Assembly: GCA_031411295.1 (NCBI GenBank)
Contig: JANOAV010000051.1
Coordinates: forward strand, 32,001 to 96,000
Source of the DNA: Verrucomicrobiales bacterium
GTDB lineage: Bacteria; Verrucomicrobiota; Verrucomicrobiia; Verrucomicrobiales; V1-33
Length of the DNA: 64,000 nt
Reading direction: 5' to 3'
Shown here piece by piece: positions 16,873-27,521 of this stretch. Under the pieces are notes generated by a model. It searched no databases, was not told the origin of the DNA, and saw only the letters and a program-made list of their open reading frames with translations. How positions within the stretch are numbered: the stretch's first letter is position 1; each line of letters starts with the position of its first letter. The translations under genes and the position numbers were made by a program.

Positions 16873-19452
16873 ATGATGTCTATGTTCACTCCCTTTTTCC
16901 TCCTGCAGCGGCTTGTCATTGTTTTGCTGTTAGTCATGGGACCGAGCGCTGTCAGCGCGGAAGGAGTGTTCTTTCGGATCAAGCTGGCGGAACCAATGGA
17001 TCAGCCATGGCACGCCAAGATTGGCGGGCATATCCACGTGGATCCTTGGTCGATGGCGGGGGCGGTGCTGCCGGTGGGAGCGGATAAGGCTCCGGCCAAG
17101 CAGGTCATGCCGGGGCAGTTTAGTCCTTGGTTTGATTTGGTGGGTCATGCCGGGGCCAAAATTCATGGCAAGCACAGCCGGGCCGGTGGCATCGCAGAGT
17201 TTCCCAATATCACGCTGCAATTTTCCACTCCAGCGGACGGGAAAATGGCCATCGCCATTGAGCTGGCGACGGCCCCTAACGAGGCTGCGGTAGTAAAGCG
17301 GATGGAAGAGAAGTTCACGGGAAATCTAACCAGTTTTTTGGTTTCCGCCGATTTGAAAAAGGATGCCGCTGAATTGGAAACCGCCAGTCAAATGACCGCC
17401 CGCCACCTGCAGTGGGCTCGTGAGGCCAGTGGAGGCAAGCGCACGGCTCCGGAAAAACTGTGGGTGCAAACGCAGTTCTGGAGTCCGCAGCGCCCGGAAC
17501 TGAACGTGCAGGAGGCGGAAGTGCTTTGGCTGCTGGGATTCAATCTTGTGGGCGGCACTACGCCAGAGATGACGGAGAAATTTTCCTTTCGCAAACCCGG
17601 CGGTCACCAATGGGTGGAATTTGGTCCCGCCCTGAGCCGTGAGGATTGTGCCAGGCAAATCACGGAGCCAGCCAAGAAAGCCACGCCGGGGTCGCATCCC
17701 ACGCTGTTTGGCTTCTCGGATGAGATCGCCTGCCGACCGCCCATTGGCAAGGATCCGAAGGCCACGGTCAATTTTCGGGAATGGCTCAAGCTGAACAAAA
17801 TTTCCCCAGCCGAACTCGGCGTCTCCTCGCTGGATGACGTGCTCCCAATCGAATCTCCCGCTGACTTGCTGGCGCGGCAGAAAGTCGACCCAGCCGCAGC
17901 GAATCGGACCTTCACGTGGACCACACGGTTCCGCCATGAATCCGCTAACGAACGTATTCATTGGCTCAACGAGACATTTCACCAGCATGCTCCGCCGGGC
18001 GTGCTAACATCAACCTTGGTGGCGGATCACCCTTATTTTGGCGGATCGGGGCTCGGCATGGGCATGGCGACGGAAAACACCACTTGGGGCGGATTCCCGC
18101 TTTCCTTGGACTGGTTTGCCATGGCGCGGGATCGCGTCGTCGATGTCATCGGCATCGAAGACTGGCTGGGGCTCGACTACATGTATGGTCCGTCGTCAAC
18201 GTGGGAGGGATTTCAGTTGATTGGTTTCCAAGCCGCCATGATGCGCAGTGGGAGTCGTGGGGAAATTCCGATCATCACGTGGATCACGCCCAGCGATGAA
18301 AAGAACCTTCGGCTCAAGAGTGCCTCGGCGCTTTGTCAGGGCGGGAAACATTTCTTTTACTGGACTTACGGTCCCACCGCCACCAGCACCGAAAACTACT
18401 GGAGTGACCTCCGGGGGGCCTATGATGGCATTGTCCATCTCAATCGCCAACTGGCGGGCTCCGAGCATCTCATCGCCTCCGGGAAACCTCGCAAAACCAA
18501 GGTCGCGCTCCTCTACAGTCTTTCCAGTGACCTCTGGCAACCGTTGGGGTATCTGTCGATGGCCGAACGCCGGCTCACGTATTTCTCGCTCATCCATGAC
18601 CAGTATCTCGTAGACATGCTAACCGAACAGGATGTGACATCAGGCCGCCTGGAGGAATACGATGTCCTCTACTGCGCAGACCCGTGCATTTCCGGCAGGA
18701 GTTGTCAGGTGATCAGCGATTGGGTGAGCCAGGGCGGCTCGATCTACGGCTCTGGTGCAGCAGGCGGGCGCAATGAATTCGGTGAGCCTCACGAGGGACT
18801 GTCGCGTGTTTTCGGATTGCAGCCGGGCCTTGACGTGACGGTGCAGAAAGGCCGCTTCGATTTGCGCGGAGCGCTGAACGACCTGCCATGGCTCGACGAG
18901 GTGAAGCTCGCAAACGGAACCAGCGTGGGCGCGCTCGGTCTCAAGGCGGTGGTTACCGCTGCGGGAGCGAAAGTCACCGGCACCTTCAAAGACGGATCGC
19001 CCGCCGTGTTGGCACACACCTTTGGCAAAGGCCATGCCCGCTACATCGCGACCTGTCCGGGCGTCTCGTATGCCAAGGACGCAAAATTCGTGAGCGACGC
19101 GCTGAAAGAGCAATGGCCAGCGGGGCAGCGGGAGTGGATCAACGCCACCGCTGCCGAGGCTGGAGCGCAGCGGCTGGTCCAATTGTCGCACTCGGTCGTC
19201 GAAGCTGGAATTTTTGATTCCGCTGCGGGCACCGCACTCATCCTGGCAAATTTTCAATACACCCCCATCGCTGAACTCACGGTGCAGATCCCCCTGCACA
19301 AAGCGCCAGCCAAGGTGATCTCCATGGAAAAAGGCGCGTTGCCATTCAGCTTGGTTGCCCCTAACGCGAAACTGGCCGCCGCAGGTTTCGCGACCGTGGC
19401 CAAGTTCACGCTGCCGCTGGGCTGGAATGACATCGTAACCATGGATTTTTAA
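16873..19452 (+). CDS. Secreted protein with a beta-galactosidase trimerisation-like domain (GH42-like)
   Basis: Signal-like N-terminus, FSDEI, KVALLYS...VDMLTEQDV...YDVLY, FGKGHARY; start codon uncertain. Confidence 0.6.
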   Translation: MMSMFTPFFLLQRLVIVLLLVMGPSAVSAEGVFFRIKLAEPMDQPWHAKIGGHIHVDPWSMAGAVLPVGADKAPAKQVMPGQFSPWFDLVGHAGAKIHGKHSRAGGIAEFPNITLQFSTPADGKMAIAIELATAPNEAAVVKRMEEKFTGNLTSFLVSADLKKDAAELETASQMTARHLQWAREASGGKRTAPEKLWVQTQFWSPQRPELNVQEAEVLWLLGFNLVGGTTPEMTEKFSFRKPGGHQWVEFGPALSREDCARQITEPAKKATPGSHPTLFGFSDEIACRPPIGKDPKATVNFREWLKLNKISPAELGVSSLDDVLPIESPADLLARQKVDPAAANRTFTWTTRFRHESANERIHWLNETFHQHAPPGVLTSTLVADHPYFGGSGLGMGMATENTTWGGFPLSLDWFAMARDRVVDVIGIEDWLGLDYMYGPSSTWEGFQLIGFQAAMMRSGSRGEIPIITWITPSDEKNLRLKSASALCQGGKHFFYWTYGPTATSTENYWSDLRGAYDGIVHLNRQLAGSEHLIASGKPRKTKVALLYSLSSDLWQPLGYLSMAERRLTYFSLIHDQYLVDMLTEQDVTSGRLEEYDVLYCADPCISGRSCQVISDWVSQGGSIYGSGAAGGRNEFGEPHEGLSRVFGLQPGLDVTVQKGRFDLRGALNDLPWLDEVKLANGTSVGALGLKAVVTAAGAKVTGTFKDGSPAVLAHTFGKGHARYIATCPGVSYAKDAKFVSDALKEQWPAGQREWINATAAEAGAQRLVQLSHSVVEAGIFDSAAGTALILANFQYTPIAELTVQIPLHKAPAKVISMEKGALPFSLVAPNAKLAAAGFATVAKFTLPLGWNDIVTMDF

Positions 19453-19453
19453 A

Positions 19454-20281
19454 ATGATAACCATTGCCTCCCTCCATCTTTATCCCGTGAAGTCGCTGCG
19501 TGGGTTCTCGGTCAACGTTGCTGAGATCGATGCACTTGGTTTCGTAGGGGATCGACGTTTCCTCGTGGTGGACGAGACCGGGCGATTCATCACCCAACGC
19601 ACCGTGCCGCAGATGGCGATCGTTGCGACTACCCTCAGCGACGGGTTCCTCACGTTGACGGCGGAGGGCTTTGGCAATATTTCCGTGCCCCTCGCGCCAG
19701 ATCCCACTGCGCCCACCGTGGCTGTTAGTGTCTGGAGCGATGACGGCCTGCTCGCGGAAGACTGCGGCAGCGCAGTCGGTGCCTGGTTGACGAACGTGCT
19801 AACCACTCCGTGTCGGTTAGTGCGGATCGGCCCGGCCTTCCGGCGCCCGGTGGAGCGGGGCACCGCGCATCCGGGGGACCGCTTCTCCTTTGCGGATGGG
19901 GCTCCCCTGCTCGTCACCACCACCGCTTCGCTTCAGGAACTCAATCGACGCCTTGCGGCAACCGACGGTGCGCCCGTGACCATGGATCGCTTCCGTCCTA
20001 ACCTGGTGCTCGACGGTGGTGCGCCCTTTGCGGAAGACTACTGGAGCGCTCTGGACGTGGCCGGAGCTCGCTTCCGCGCGGCCGGTCCCTGCTCCCGCTG
20101 CCTCGTCATCACGGCGGATCAGTTTACGGGCCAACGCGGCAAGGAACCACTCAAAACCCTGACCACCTTCAGGCGCACAGTCCTTGATTCACCTTCAGTC
20201 CACTTCGGCGTGAATCTCATTCAAGAAAGCAAATCCGGCCTCGTGCGCGTCGGTGATCCCGTGGTCGTGACCTGCCTGTAG
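19454..20281 (+). CDS. MOSC domain protein
   Basis: LYPVKSLRG, GDRRF, FADGAPLL, RFRPNLV, PCSRC. Confidence 0.92.
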   Translation: MITIASLHLYPVKSLRGFSVNVAEIDALGFVGDRRFLVVDETGRFITQRTVPQMAIVATTLSDGFLTLTAEGFGNISVPLAPDPTAPTVAVSVWSDDGLLAEDCGSAVGAWLTNVLTTPCRLVRIGPAFRRPVERGTAHPGDRFSFADGAPLLVTTTASLQELNRRLAATDGAPVTMDRFRPNLVLDGGAPFAEDYWSALDVAGARFRAAGPCSRCLVITADQFTGQRGKEPLKTLTTFRRTVLDSPSVHFGVNLIQESKSGLVRVGDPVVVTCL

Positions 20282-20300
20282 TTCCAAGGTCTTAAGCAAC

Positions 20301-20382
20301 GTAGTTAGGGACTTTAGTCCGTAACCCGCCCATCCAGCGATCTTGCCGATCCACTGGCGCGCGGACTAAAGTGTGGCACTAC
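20301..20382. repeat. GTAG-type REP-like inverted doublet
   Basis: gtagttagggactttagtccg ... cggactaaagtgtggcactac inverted arms. Confidence 0.6.
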
Positions 20383-20425
20383 TTTCCTAAATTGACAAAC
20401 TGGCAGCAAGCGCCTCCCGTCTCGC

Positions 20426-21190
20426 ATGACCACCGTTTCCTCCCTGCCCCTAATCCTGCTGCCCACCTGTCGTCGCGAGATCGAAGGCCGACGCTGGCAG
20501 GCGGTGCCCGAGCCCTACAGCGAAGCCGTCCGACTAGCCGGTTGCCAGCCACTGATGGTCACGGCTGCCGGAGCAGAGGAACTACAGAACCTGCTACATC
20601 TCGCGAGCGGCATCCTCCTGCCAGGCTCAGCCAACAACGTGCATCCATCCCATTTCGACGAAGCAGTGCTTGATGACACTCTGCCGCTGGATCCGCAGCG
20701 AGATGACTTCACGCTGCCCTTGATCCGTCAGGCCATCGCACTCGGGATTCCGCTGTTAGGCATTTGCCGTGGCCACCAGGAAATCAACGTCGCGCTCGGC
20801 GGCAGCCTGCACCAAGCCATCCATCGGATCCCCGGCCATGACAATCACCAGCCTCACGAAGCGGAACCGGCAGCCGTGCGGTATGGCCCGGCCCATGAAG
20901 TGGAAATTACGCCCGGCGGTCTGCTGGAGCGCGTGCTTAATTGCCGACGTGTGCTGGTGAATTCGGTCCACGGCCAAGGCATCAATCGCTTGGCTCCCGG
21001 CCTGTGTATCGAAGCGCGAGCACCCGATGGGGTGATCGAAGCCATCACCCTGCCCACCGCCCCGGGGTTTAATCTCGGCGTGCAATGGCATCCCGAATGG
21101 TTAGCCTCCAACAATCCCGTTTCCATGGCTATTTTCCAAGCCTTTGGCCAAGCCTGCAAGACCTTCCATAATAGCGGAAGAACCAGGTAG
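20426..21190 (+). CDS. Gamma-glutamyl-GABA hydrolase family (peptidase C26, PuuD-like)
   Basis: GILLPGS..NVHP, LGICRGHQEINV, VNSVHGQG, GVQWHPE. Confidence 0.9.
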   Translation: MTTVSSLPLILLPTCRREIEGRRWQAVPEPYSEAVRLAGCQPLMVTAAGAEELQNLLHLASGILLPGSANNVHPSHFDEAVLDDTLPLDPQRDDFTLPLIRQAIALGIPLLGICRGHQEINVALGGSLHQAIHRIPGHDNHQPHEAEPAAVRYGPAHEVEITPGGLLERVLNCRRVLVNSVHGQGINRLAPGLCIEARAPDGVIEAITLPTAPGFNLGVQWHPEWLASNNPVSMAIFQAFGQACKTFHNSGRTR

Positions 21191-21256
21191 AGTGTGGAGC
21201 CGTCCGCTGGACTGCGCTACTCTTTCCAGATCAGCCCAGCGGGCTGATCCGCCTTC
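21190..21256. repeat. REP-like doublet, family A (double hairpin)
   Basis: gtgtggagccgtccgctggactgc...gatcagcccagcgggctgatc; related copies at 40232, 42498, 43249 and 44248. Confidence 0.75.
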
Positions 21257-21571
21257 GCTGGCGGTGGTAAACTTCGTCGTTGGTTATTGGTTATTGGTTA
21301 TTCGTAAATCCTTCCGGCTTGCATCCTCCAGAGCGGATTGGCGGCGGGGCGCTGCCGACTGAGGACAGGCGGCACACGTTGTTTAGAACGTGTCCCGGCT
21401 GTCCTCAGCCGGGAGCAAGGGCTGCGCAGGCACCTGCTGGTTCAACCCGCAGGGATCATCCGCTGGAGTTCCGCCTTCAGGCGTTGGAGCACTCTGGGCC
21501 ACTGCTGCCTGCCTATGGTTTTGAGCCGTCGAGCCGACTGCTCCACGTTCGCTTGGCATGAGTTGGGGTTT

Positions 21572-22516
21572 TCAGACGCGGGGGCGCGTCTGCCACACTA
21601 ACTGCGCGGTGGCGAGATCTCCTAACGCGGCTCCGACGGATTTGAAGAGGGTGATTTCATCCTGGGTGGAGCGACCGGGGACGCGCTGGGCGCAGAGATC
21701 GGCTAGTTCTCCGATGATGGTTTCCGGGGTGAATTTTCCTTCCTGTATGGGGAGGAGAATTTCCCCTGCTTCCTTGAGGCAGTTGGCAAAGGTATCGACA
21801 TAAACCCGGGAGCGCAGGATGGCCTCGGTATCGCATTCGCGCTGGTTGGCGTGGTGGTTCCCCAAGCAATCCACATGGGTGCCCGGCCGCAACCAACGGC
21901 CCTGCAACAGAATGGCAGGCGAGCCAGTGGCACAGACGATCAGATCTGCTTCCGCGCAGGCGGATTCCAGGGACGACACCACCGAGAACGCTATTTCCGG
22001 CAGCTCAGCTTGCATCCGCGCGCTGAGGGCTTGGGCCTTGGTGGCCTCCCGTCCCCAGAGCAAGACCCGACGCACGGGTCGCACGGAGGCATGGGCATGG
22101 ATGAGATACGGGGCGAGTTGGCCGGTGCCGGCTAGCAGCAAGGTGGCCGCATCCTCACGCGCTAAATATTTCGCAGCGAGGGCGGAAATTCCCGCCGTGC
22201 GCCAATAGGTCACGCTGGTGCCATCAACGAGCGCCAAAGGCTGTCCGTGCTGGCGGTCGAACAGGAGGATCTGCGCATAGAGCGACGCATGGGGCGGACT
22301 GTTTTGGGGAAAATAGGTGAACGCCTTCACGGCAATCACGGAATCATTCCACGCGGGTAGCAGGGCGAAGGCATCGTGGTTCACGGACTCGGTGGAAAGG
22401 CGCATGACATTCCGTGGCGGCATGGTGAATGCGCCGGCATAGGCCTGCTCCAACGCTTGCAAAACCGTGGGACAGGAAAGGGCGGCATGAACTTGCTCAG
22501 CAGTGATAACGATCAT
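21572..22516 (-). CDS. Ornithine cyclodeaminase/mu-crystallin family protein
   Basis: TYWRTAGISALA, GTGQLA, LFKSVGAALGDLA. Confidence 0.9.
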   Translation of the reverse strand: MIVITAEQVHAALSCPTVLQALEQAYAGAFTMPPRNVMRLSTESVNHDAFALLPAWNDSVIAVKAFTYFPQNSPPHASLYAQILLFDRQHGQPLALVDGTSVTYWRTAGISALAAKYLAREDAATLLLAGTGQLAPYLIHAHASVRPVRRVLLWGREATKAQALSARMQAELPEIAFSVVSSLESACAEADLIVCATGSPAILLQGRWLRPGTHVDCLGNHHANQRECDTEAILRSRVYVDTFANCLKEAGEILLPIQEGKFTPETIIGELADLCAQRVPGRSTQDEITLFKSVGAALGDLATAQLVWQTRPRV

Positions 22517-22575
22517 GCCAACAACGTGACGCGGCAGCCCGCAGCGTCAACTGGCTCGTGAAGCCGCAGTCCCGC

Positions 22576-24177
22576 TTACGCCATGGCACTAACGAGCAAC
22601 CCCACGAGGATGGCGAGGGCGACACTATGAAAGAACACATAGCGCAAAATTTTACCTTCCAGGCCGGCGGCATCGGTGGCGGTGCTGGCGACGACAATAC
22701 TCTGGGCGTCGATCATTTTACCCATGACCCCGCCGGAACTATTGGCCGCGCACATGAGCACGGGGTCGATACCCAATTGCTGGCTGGTGATTTTCTGGAG
22801 GCCGCCGAAAAGGACATTCGAGGCGGTGTCGGACCCGGTGAGGGCGGCGCCCAGCCAGCCGAGCAGGGTGCCGAAGAAAGGATACAATCCCCCCGTCTGA
22901 GCCAGCGCGAGTCCCATCGTGGCATCGGCGCCACAATATTTCGTAACGGTCCCTAACGCCAGCATACAGCAAATGGTCAGCAGAGACCAGCGTGCTTTGA
23001 AAACGGCTCCGCACCAGGCGCCAATGATTTCGCGCAGGGAGAAACGCAGCCAGAGGCCGACGATGAGGCCCGCTACGAGGATGCCAGTGCCGGTAGCGGA
23101 CAGTGGGTTGAGCTTATAGAAGACGTCATCTGGCTTGGCTCCCGGAAGCGCCACCGGGGCCGCGCGCATCACTTCCTGATGCAGCACCGGCACGCCTACC
23201 TTGGTGCTCCACAAACTATCCAGCGCCTCCTTGACTGGTTTCAATCCCCAGAGAAAAACCACCACGGACAGAACTAACCAGGGAATCCAAGCCCGGGTCG
23301 ATCTCGTGGGCATAGCCGCCGAGGCAGACACCACCGTCTCCGCTGACACATCCTTGGGACGCCAGCACCGGAGGAACAACAGCAAGGCTCCGGCACTGCT
23401 TAGGGATGCCACCAGATCCACCAAGGCTGGACCATGATAGGTAGCCATGAGGTATTGCGGCACCGCGAAAGCCAAGCCAGCAATGACGGCGGCGGGCCAG
23501 ACTCCGAGCCACCCGCGGAAGCCGGACATGGCGACGACACACCAACTGGGAATGATCAGTGCGAAGAGTGGCAATTGTTTCCCGACCATGGCGGACAATT
23601 CCCGGACATCCAAGCCCGTGACTTCCGCCAGGGTATAGATGGGCGTGCCCAGTGAACCAAAAGCCACAGGCGCGGTGTTGGCAATGAGACTCAAACAGCA
23701 GGCCTGTAATGCCGGAAATCCCAAGCGAACCAAGATGGCACTGGAAACAGCCACGGGAGCCCCAAAGCCCGCCGCGCCCTCAAAGAACGCGCCAAAGCAA
23801 AACGCGATCAGAATGACCTGAATCCGAGGGTCCGGAGCCAGGCGCAGTAAATTCCCCTTCAACAGCTCGAACAAACCACGACGGACGTTCAACTCGTAGA
23901 GGAAAAGTAAATTGAGGATGATCCAACCGATCGGAAACAGGCCCAAGGCCGCACCGTAGCCAGCCGCCGCGCAACCGAGGGCCACGGGCATCCCAAAGCC
24001 GATGATGGCCACGCCCATTGCCACCACCAACCCCAGCATGGCGGCACGGTGAATGGGCACTTTGCCGCAGGCAATGAGCCCGAGCAACGCCAGCACAGGC
24101 AAAGCAGCACAGGCAGTGGAAAGCCAGGGATTGCCCAGCGGGTCATAATTTTGGAGCCAACCGATCATGGCGCGCAT
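22576..24177 (-). CDS. L-lactate permease
   Basis: FGAFFEGAAGFG, ANTAPVAFG, LTGSDTASNVLFG, GGVMGKMIDAQS. Confidence 0.92.
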   Translation of the reverse strand: MRAMIGWLQNYDPLGNPWLSTACAALPVLALLGLIACGKVPIHRAAMLGLVVAMGVAIIGFGMPVALGCAAAGYGAALGLFPIGWIILNLLFLYELNVRRGLFELLKGNLLRLAPDPRIQVILIAFCFGAFFEGAAGFGAPVAVSSAILVRLGFPALQACCLSLIANTAPVAFGSLGTPIYTLAEVTGLDVRELSAMVGKQLPLFALIIPSWCVVAMSGFRGWLGVWPAAVIAGLAFAVPQYLMATYHGPALVDLVASLSSAGALLLFLRCWRPKDVSAETVVSASAAMPTRSTRAWIPWLVLSVVVFLWGLKPVKEALDSLWSTKVGVPVLHQEVMRAAPVALPGAKPDDVFYKLNPLSATGTGILVAGLIVGLWLRFSLREIIGAWCGAVFKARWSLLTICCMLALGTVTKYCGADATMGLALAQTGGLYPFFGTLLGWLGAALTGSDTASNVLFGGLQKITSQQLGIDPVLMCAANSSGGVMGKMIDAQSIVVASTATDAAGLEGKILRYVFFHSVALAILVGLLVSAMA

Positions 24178-24404
24178 TCAATCGACTAGCACCGCCTCGT
24201 GCAAGTTAAATTCGACGACGCGGAGCATGTTTCAGATCTGCGGCTTGTAATTGAGCCGATCCAGCAGACTTGCAGCCACACTGTCTGGAGGAAAATTGAT
24301 GCAGAATCCTGCTCTGGTGCGATATTTCCAAACGATTCGGTCGCCTCACGACGCACACCAAGTGAAAGCGATCATCCTTTCCCCACCAACTCGACCAACC
24401 AATC

Positions 24405-25256
24405 ATGTCCCACGATCCACCCCCCCCATGGCGACCTGCCCCCCAGCCGCAGCATGAACTGGACCGCCTGATGCAGTTAGCCCCGCGCGATCCTTCCGTG
24501 CATGGCGAAATGTTCCGGCTGCTGTGGAATCTGGACGAAATGTGTATTTATGTGCCGCCGCATCCGGAGTTAGTGGGAGAGCATTGGCGCAGTGCGGATG
24601 AAGGTTTCACCTGGTGTAATTTTGGCGATGCCGAGGGGCTGTTTGCGCCAGTGTTCACCAGCGTAGCCTGCGCAGATTACGCCTTGCGTAATCTGCCCCA
24701 ACGTGATGGCCCACTCCCCATGATTGCCTCCCTGCCAGCCAAGGTGCTGTTTAAATTTCTCAACGATGGTCACACCACCGCGCGCATCTTGGGCGCCGGC
24801 GGCGGACAAATCAGTTTACCGCCCGCAACGGTGGCAGCCTTGGTGTCTGGGGTCTTTCCAGTGGATCGCATGGATGCGCCCACCCCCAGTCCGCTTTTGA
24901 CCAAAACCAAGCTGGCCCAAGAGGTAAGCCTCCATCCGGTGCCAGAGCTGTTGATCCCGACAGCGCTGCGGCAGGCGATTGGTGACCTCTGTGAAACGTC
25001 GCATACGCCCTTGGGAATCTATGTTTTCCATCAGGCCGATCCAATCTCTGGGCTCGTGTCAGGCAATGATTTACACTTCATTCTCTGGCTGCGTAAGGAG
25101 GATCCGGCCTGCTTTCAAAGCTTCTGCCAGTTGGTGCCAAAGCATCTCCCACCGCAGTTGGAGTTCTCCTGCAAAATCCTGACTACGGGCAATCGAAAAC
25201 TCATGAAATTTCTGCAAGGCCGCCCCGCGCTATGGCCAGTTGGCATTGCTAACTAA
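24405..25256 (+). CDS. SseB-family protein
   Basis: ELDRLM...IYVP...FAPVFTS pattern of the SseB N-terminal domain. Confidence 0.55.
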   Translation: MSHDPPPPWRPAPQPQHELDRLMQLAPRDPSVHGEMFRLLWNLDEMCIYVPPHPELVGEHWRSADEGFTWCNFGDAEGLFAPVFTSVACADYALRNLPQRDGPLPMIASLPAKVLFKFLNDGHTTARILGAGGGQISLPPATVAALVSGVFPVDRMDAPTPSPLLTKTKLAQEVSLHPVPELLIPTALRQAIGDLCETSHTPLGIYVFHQADPISGLVSGNDLHFILWLRKEDPACFQSFCQLVPKHLPPQLEFSCKILTTGNRKLMKFLQGRPALWPVGIAN

Positions 25257-26442
25257 GCGGCAAGTCCATGATGAATTCAGTGCGGAAACCCGGGCTGCTC
25301 TCCACTCGAATCGTGCCCCCATGCGCCTCCACGGCTCGCTTGACGATGCTGAGGCCCAGTCCGGTGCCTTTGACCTTCTGCTGGGAGTGATCCGTGGCAA
25401 CGCGATAGAATCGCTTGAAAATGAAAGGGAGGTGCTCGTGCGGAATTCCTTTGCCGTTGTCCTTAACGGCTAAAGTCACCGCCTTGAGGCCACGAGTCAT
25501 GGAGACCGTGACTACTAACCGACCATCCGCCGCGTTCTCCTTCAACGCGTTCTCGATCAGGTTGAAGAAAATTTGCTCCCAATAAAAGGCATCACCCGCC
25601 ACCTCGTCCGCCTCGGGAATCTCAATCACGATACGCGCCTGTTTATCCTCAATCATGGGATGGAGCCGCTCGATGACCGAAGTGACACACTCGCGGCAAC
25701 TGAAGTGCTTGGCCAGAAGTCCCGCGCGATGCTCGGAGGAATCCATCGCCTCGTAGCGAGAGATAATCAGCATGTCTTCCACGAGTCGCTCGAGGCGTTC
25801 GCCATGTTTTTGCATGACTTCGAGCGATTTCTGGACGGCGGACGGTTCCGCGATCGCGCCTTCCACCAAGTTTTCCAGATAGCCATTAATAATCGCCAAC
25901 GGGGTGCGTAACTCGTGTGAAGCATTGGCGACGAAGTCCCGGCGGATTTGCTCGGTTTCCTGCCGACGCGTTTCATCGCGCATGACGAGGCGGACCAATT
26001 TGTTGGGCTGGTCAGGTAAGTTAACCGCCGCCGCACTGAACACAAAGTAACGTTCCTCCGCCCGTCCCCGCGGCAGAATAGTGATGCTGAACTCGTCTTC
26101 CAGCGACCCCTGCTCCAACTCCATGGCTTTGCTGCACAGTTCTGAGATGCGGGGGTCCGGCAAGACTTGCGTCAGGCGTTTCTCCTCCAGCCCAGAACTG
26201 GCGAGGAGATCAGAGGCACCTTCGTTGGCATAGAGAATCTCTCCACTGGCGGAGACCAACAAGCACACATCCCCCAGCCCGGCATAAAGGACTCCCAACA
26301 GATCCGCACTGCGCATGGGTCCGATGGAAATGACGGCTTCAGACGAACGAGGGGTGCGCCACCACCGCCAACCAACCACGCCCAGCAAGAGCGCCACCGC
26401 CAGGGTGCGCCAATCGCAGAGATATTGGATGAGTGATGCCAT
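25249..26442 (-). CDS. PhoR-like sensor histidine kinase
   Basis: One TM helix, PAS-like region, RRDFVANASHELRTPL, NLIENALK, DNGKGI, GTGLGLSIVK; start taken at MASLIQ. Confidence 0.9.
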   Translation of the reverse strand: MASLIQYLCDWRTLAVALLLGVVGWRWWRTPRSSEAVISIGPMRSADLLGVLYAGLGDVCLLVSASGEILYANEGASDLLASSGLEEKRLTQVLPDPRISELCSKAMELEQGSLEDEFSITILPRGRAEERYFVFSAAAVNLPDQPNKLVRLVMRDETRRQETEQIRRDFVANASHELRTPLAIINGYLENLVEGAIAEPSAVQKSLEVMQKHGERLERLVEDMLIISRYEAMDSSEHRAGLLAKHFSCRECVTSVIERLHPMIEDKQARIVIEIPEADEVAGDAFYWEQIFFNLIENALKENAADGRLVVTVSMTRGLKAVTLAVKDNGKGIPHEHLPFIFKRFYRVATDHSQQKVKGTGLGLSIVKRAVEAHGGTIRVESSPGFRTEFIMDLPLS

Positions 26443-26529
26443 GAGTTCATCATTGGGAACAATTGCGTCGCCAGCAAGAAGTAATTTCGCTCCTTGCCAC
26501 CCGCCGCCAGAACCGCTAGGGTCTGGCGC

Positions 26530-27513
26530 ATGGGACTGTCCTCGCGCAAAGCGCAATTTTACCACCAACTGACCACGCTCCTGGAAGCAGGCATCGGTGT
26601 GCAGACCGCCACCGAGCATCTCCGCACCCAACGCCATCAGCAGTTGCCAGCGTTTGCTACCGCTCTGGCCGACGGAACGGGCCGTGGACTCACTCTGGCG
26701 GAAGCGCTGGAAACTGCTCCCAAAAAGCAAGTCGATGCGCTGGAAATCTCGCTCCTGGGCGCTGCGGAACGCGGTGGCAAAATCGAATTGGCCACCCGCC
26801 AACTCAGCGAGCATTACGAACTGGAAGCGCAACTCTGGAACCAGATGCTCCGGGCGATGGTTTACCCGATCATCGTCCTCCATGCCGCCATTGTGCTGCC
26901 CTCCGTGGGCGTCCTTGTGGGCGGCGGCGGCACCGTTTGGGAGTCGATGGGCAAACCATTGCTCATGGCCTACGCGATCCTGGCGATGGTCTGGTGCGGC
27001 GGGCGTTGGCTCTGGGCCCAAGGCCAGTGGAGTGATGGGATTGATGCCCTGCTCAATCGCATCCCCGCGCTGGGAACTTGGCGCAAAAGCCTGGCTTTGG
27101 CACGCTTCTGCCAGGCTCTGGGCATCCAATTGCAGGCCGGGGAGAACGTGGCCAAGGCCGTGGCTAGCGCCGGCAAAGCATCCGCCACCGCCAACCTCAA
27201 GCACGCCACGAAGGCGATGGCGCAGACGATCAACGCGGAAGGATGCCCTCTGGGGCCGTTGTTGCTCATGAGTCATCACTTCCACCCTGAACTGGCTCAA
27301 GTCTTGGCCACTTCGGAAACGGCGGGGCGGCTGGAACTGGAAGCGTTAGCGCGGGCGCGGAAGCTCATGGATACGGCCCGCAACTCTGCGGCCACCACTG
27401 GCACTTGGGTGCCTAAGCTGCTCTATGCGCCCATCGCGCTGTATGCCGTTTGGCGCATCTATTCCTTCTATCGGGATTACCTGGGGAACCTTACGAAGGG
27501 GTTGGATCTTTGA
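26530..27513 (+). CDS. Type II secretion F / PilC-family inner-membrane protein
   Basis: FYHQLTTLLEAGI, AAERGGKI, MVYPIIV, SETAGRL duplicated GspF domains. Confidence 0.85.
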   Translation: MGLSSRKAQFYHQLTTLLEAGIGVQTATEHLRTQRHQQLPAFATALADGTGRGLTLAEALETAPKKQVDALEISLLGAAERGGKIELATRQLSEHYELEAQLWNQMLRAMVYPIIVLHAAIVLPSVGVLVGGGGTVWESMGKPLLMAYAILAMVWCGGRWLWAQGQWSDGIDALLNRIPALGTWRKSLALARFCQALGIQLQAGENVAKAVASAGKASATANLKHATKAMAQTINAEGCPLGPLLLMSHHFHPELAQVLATSETAGRLELEALARARKLMDTARNSAATTGTWVPKLLYAPIALYAVWRIYSFYRDYLGNLTKGLDL

Positions 27514-27521
27514 GGTGATCC

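Noticed and set aside
26443..27300. N-terminal extension making the kinase 683 aa
   Set aside because: It is antisense to the PilC/GspF gene; the kinase plausibly starts at 26442, just before its TM helix.
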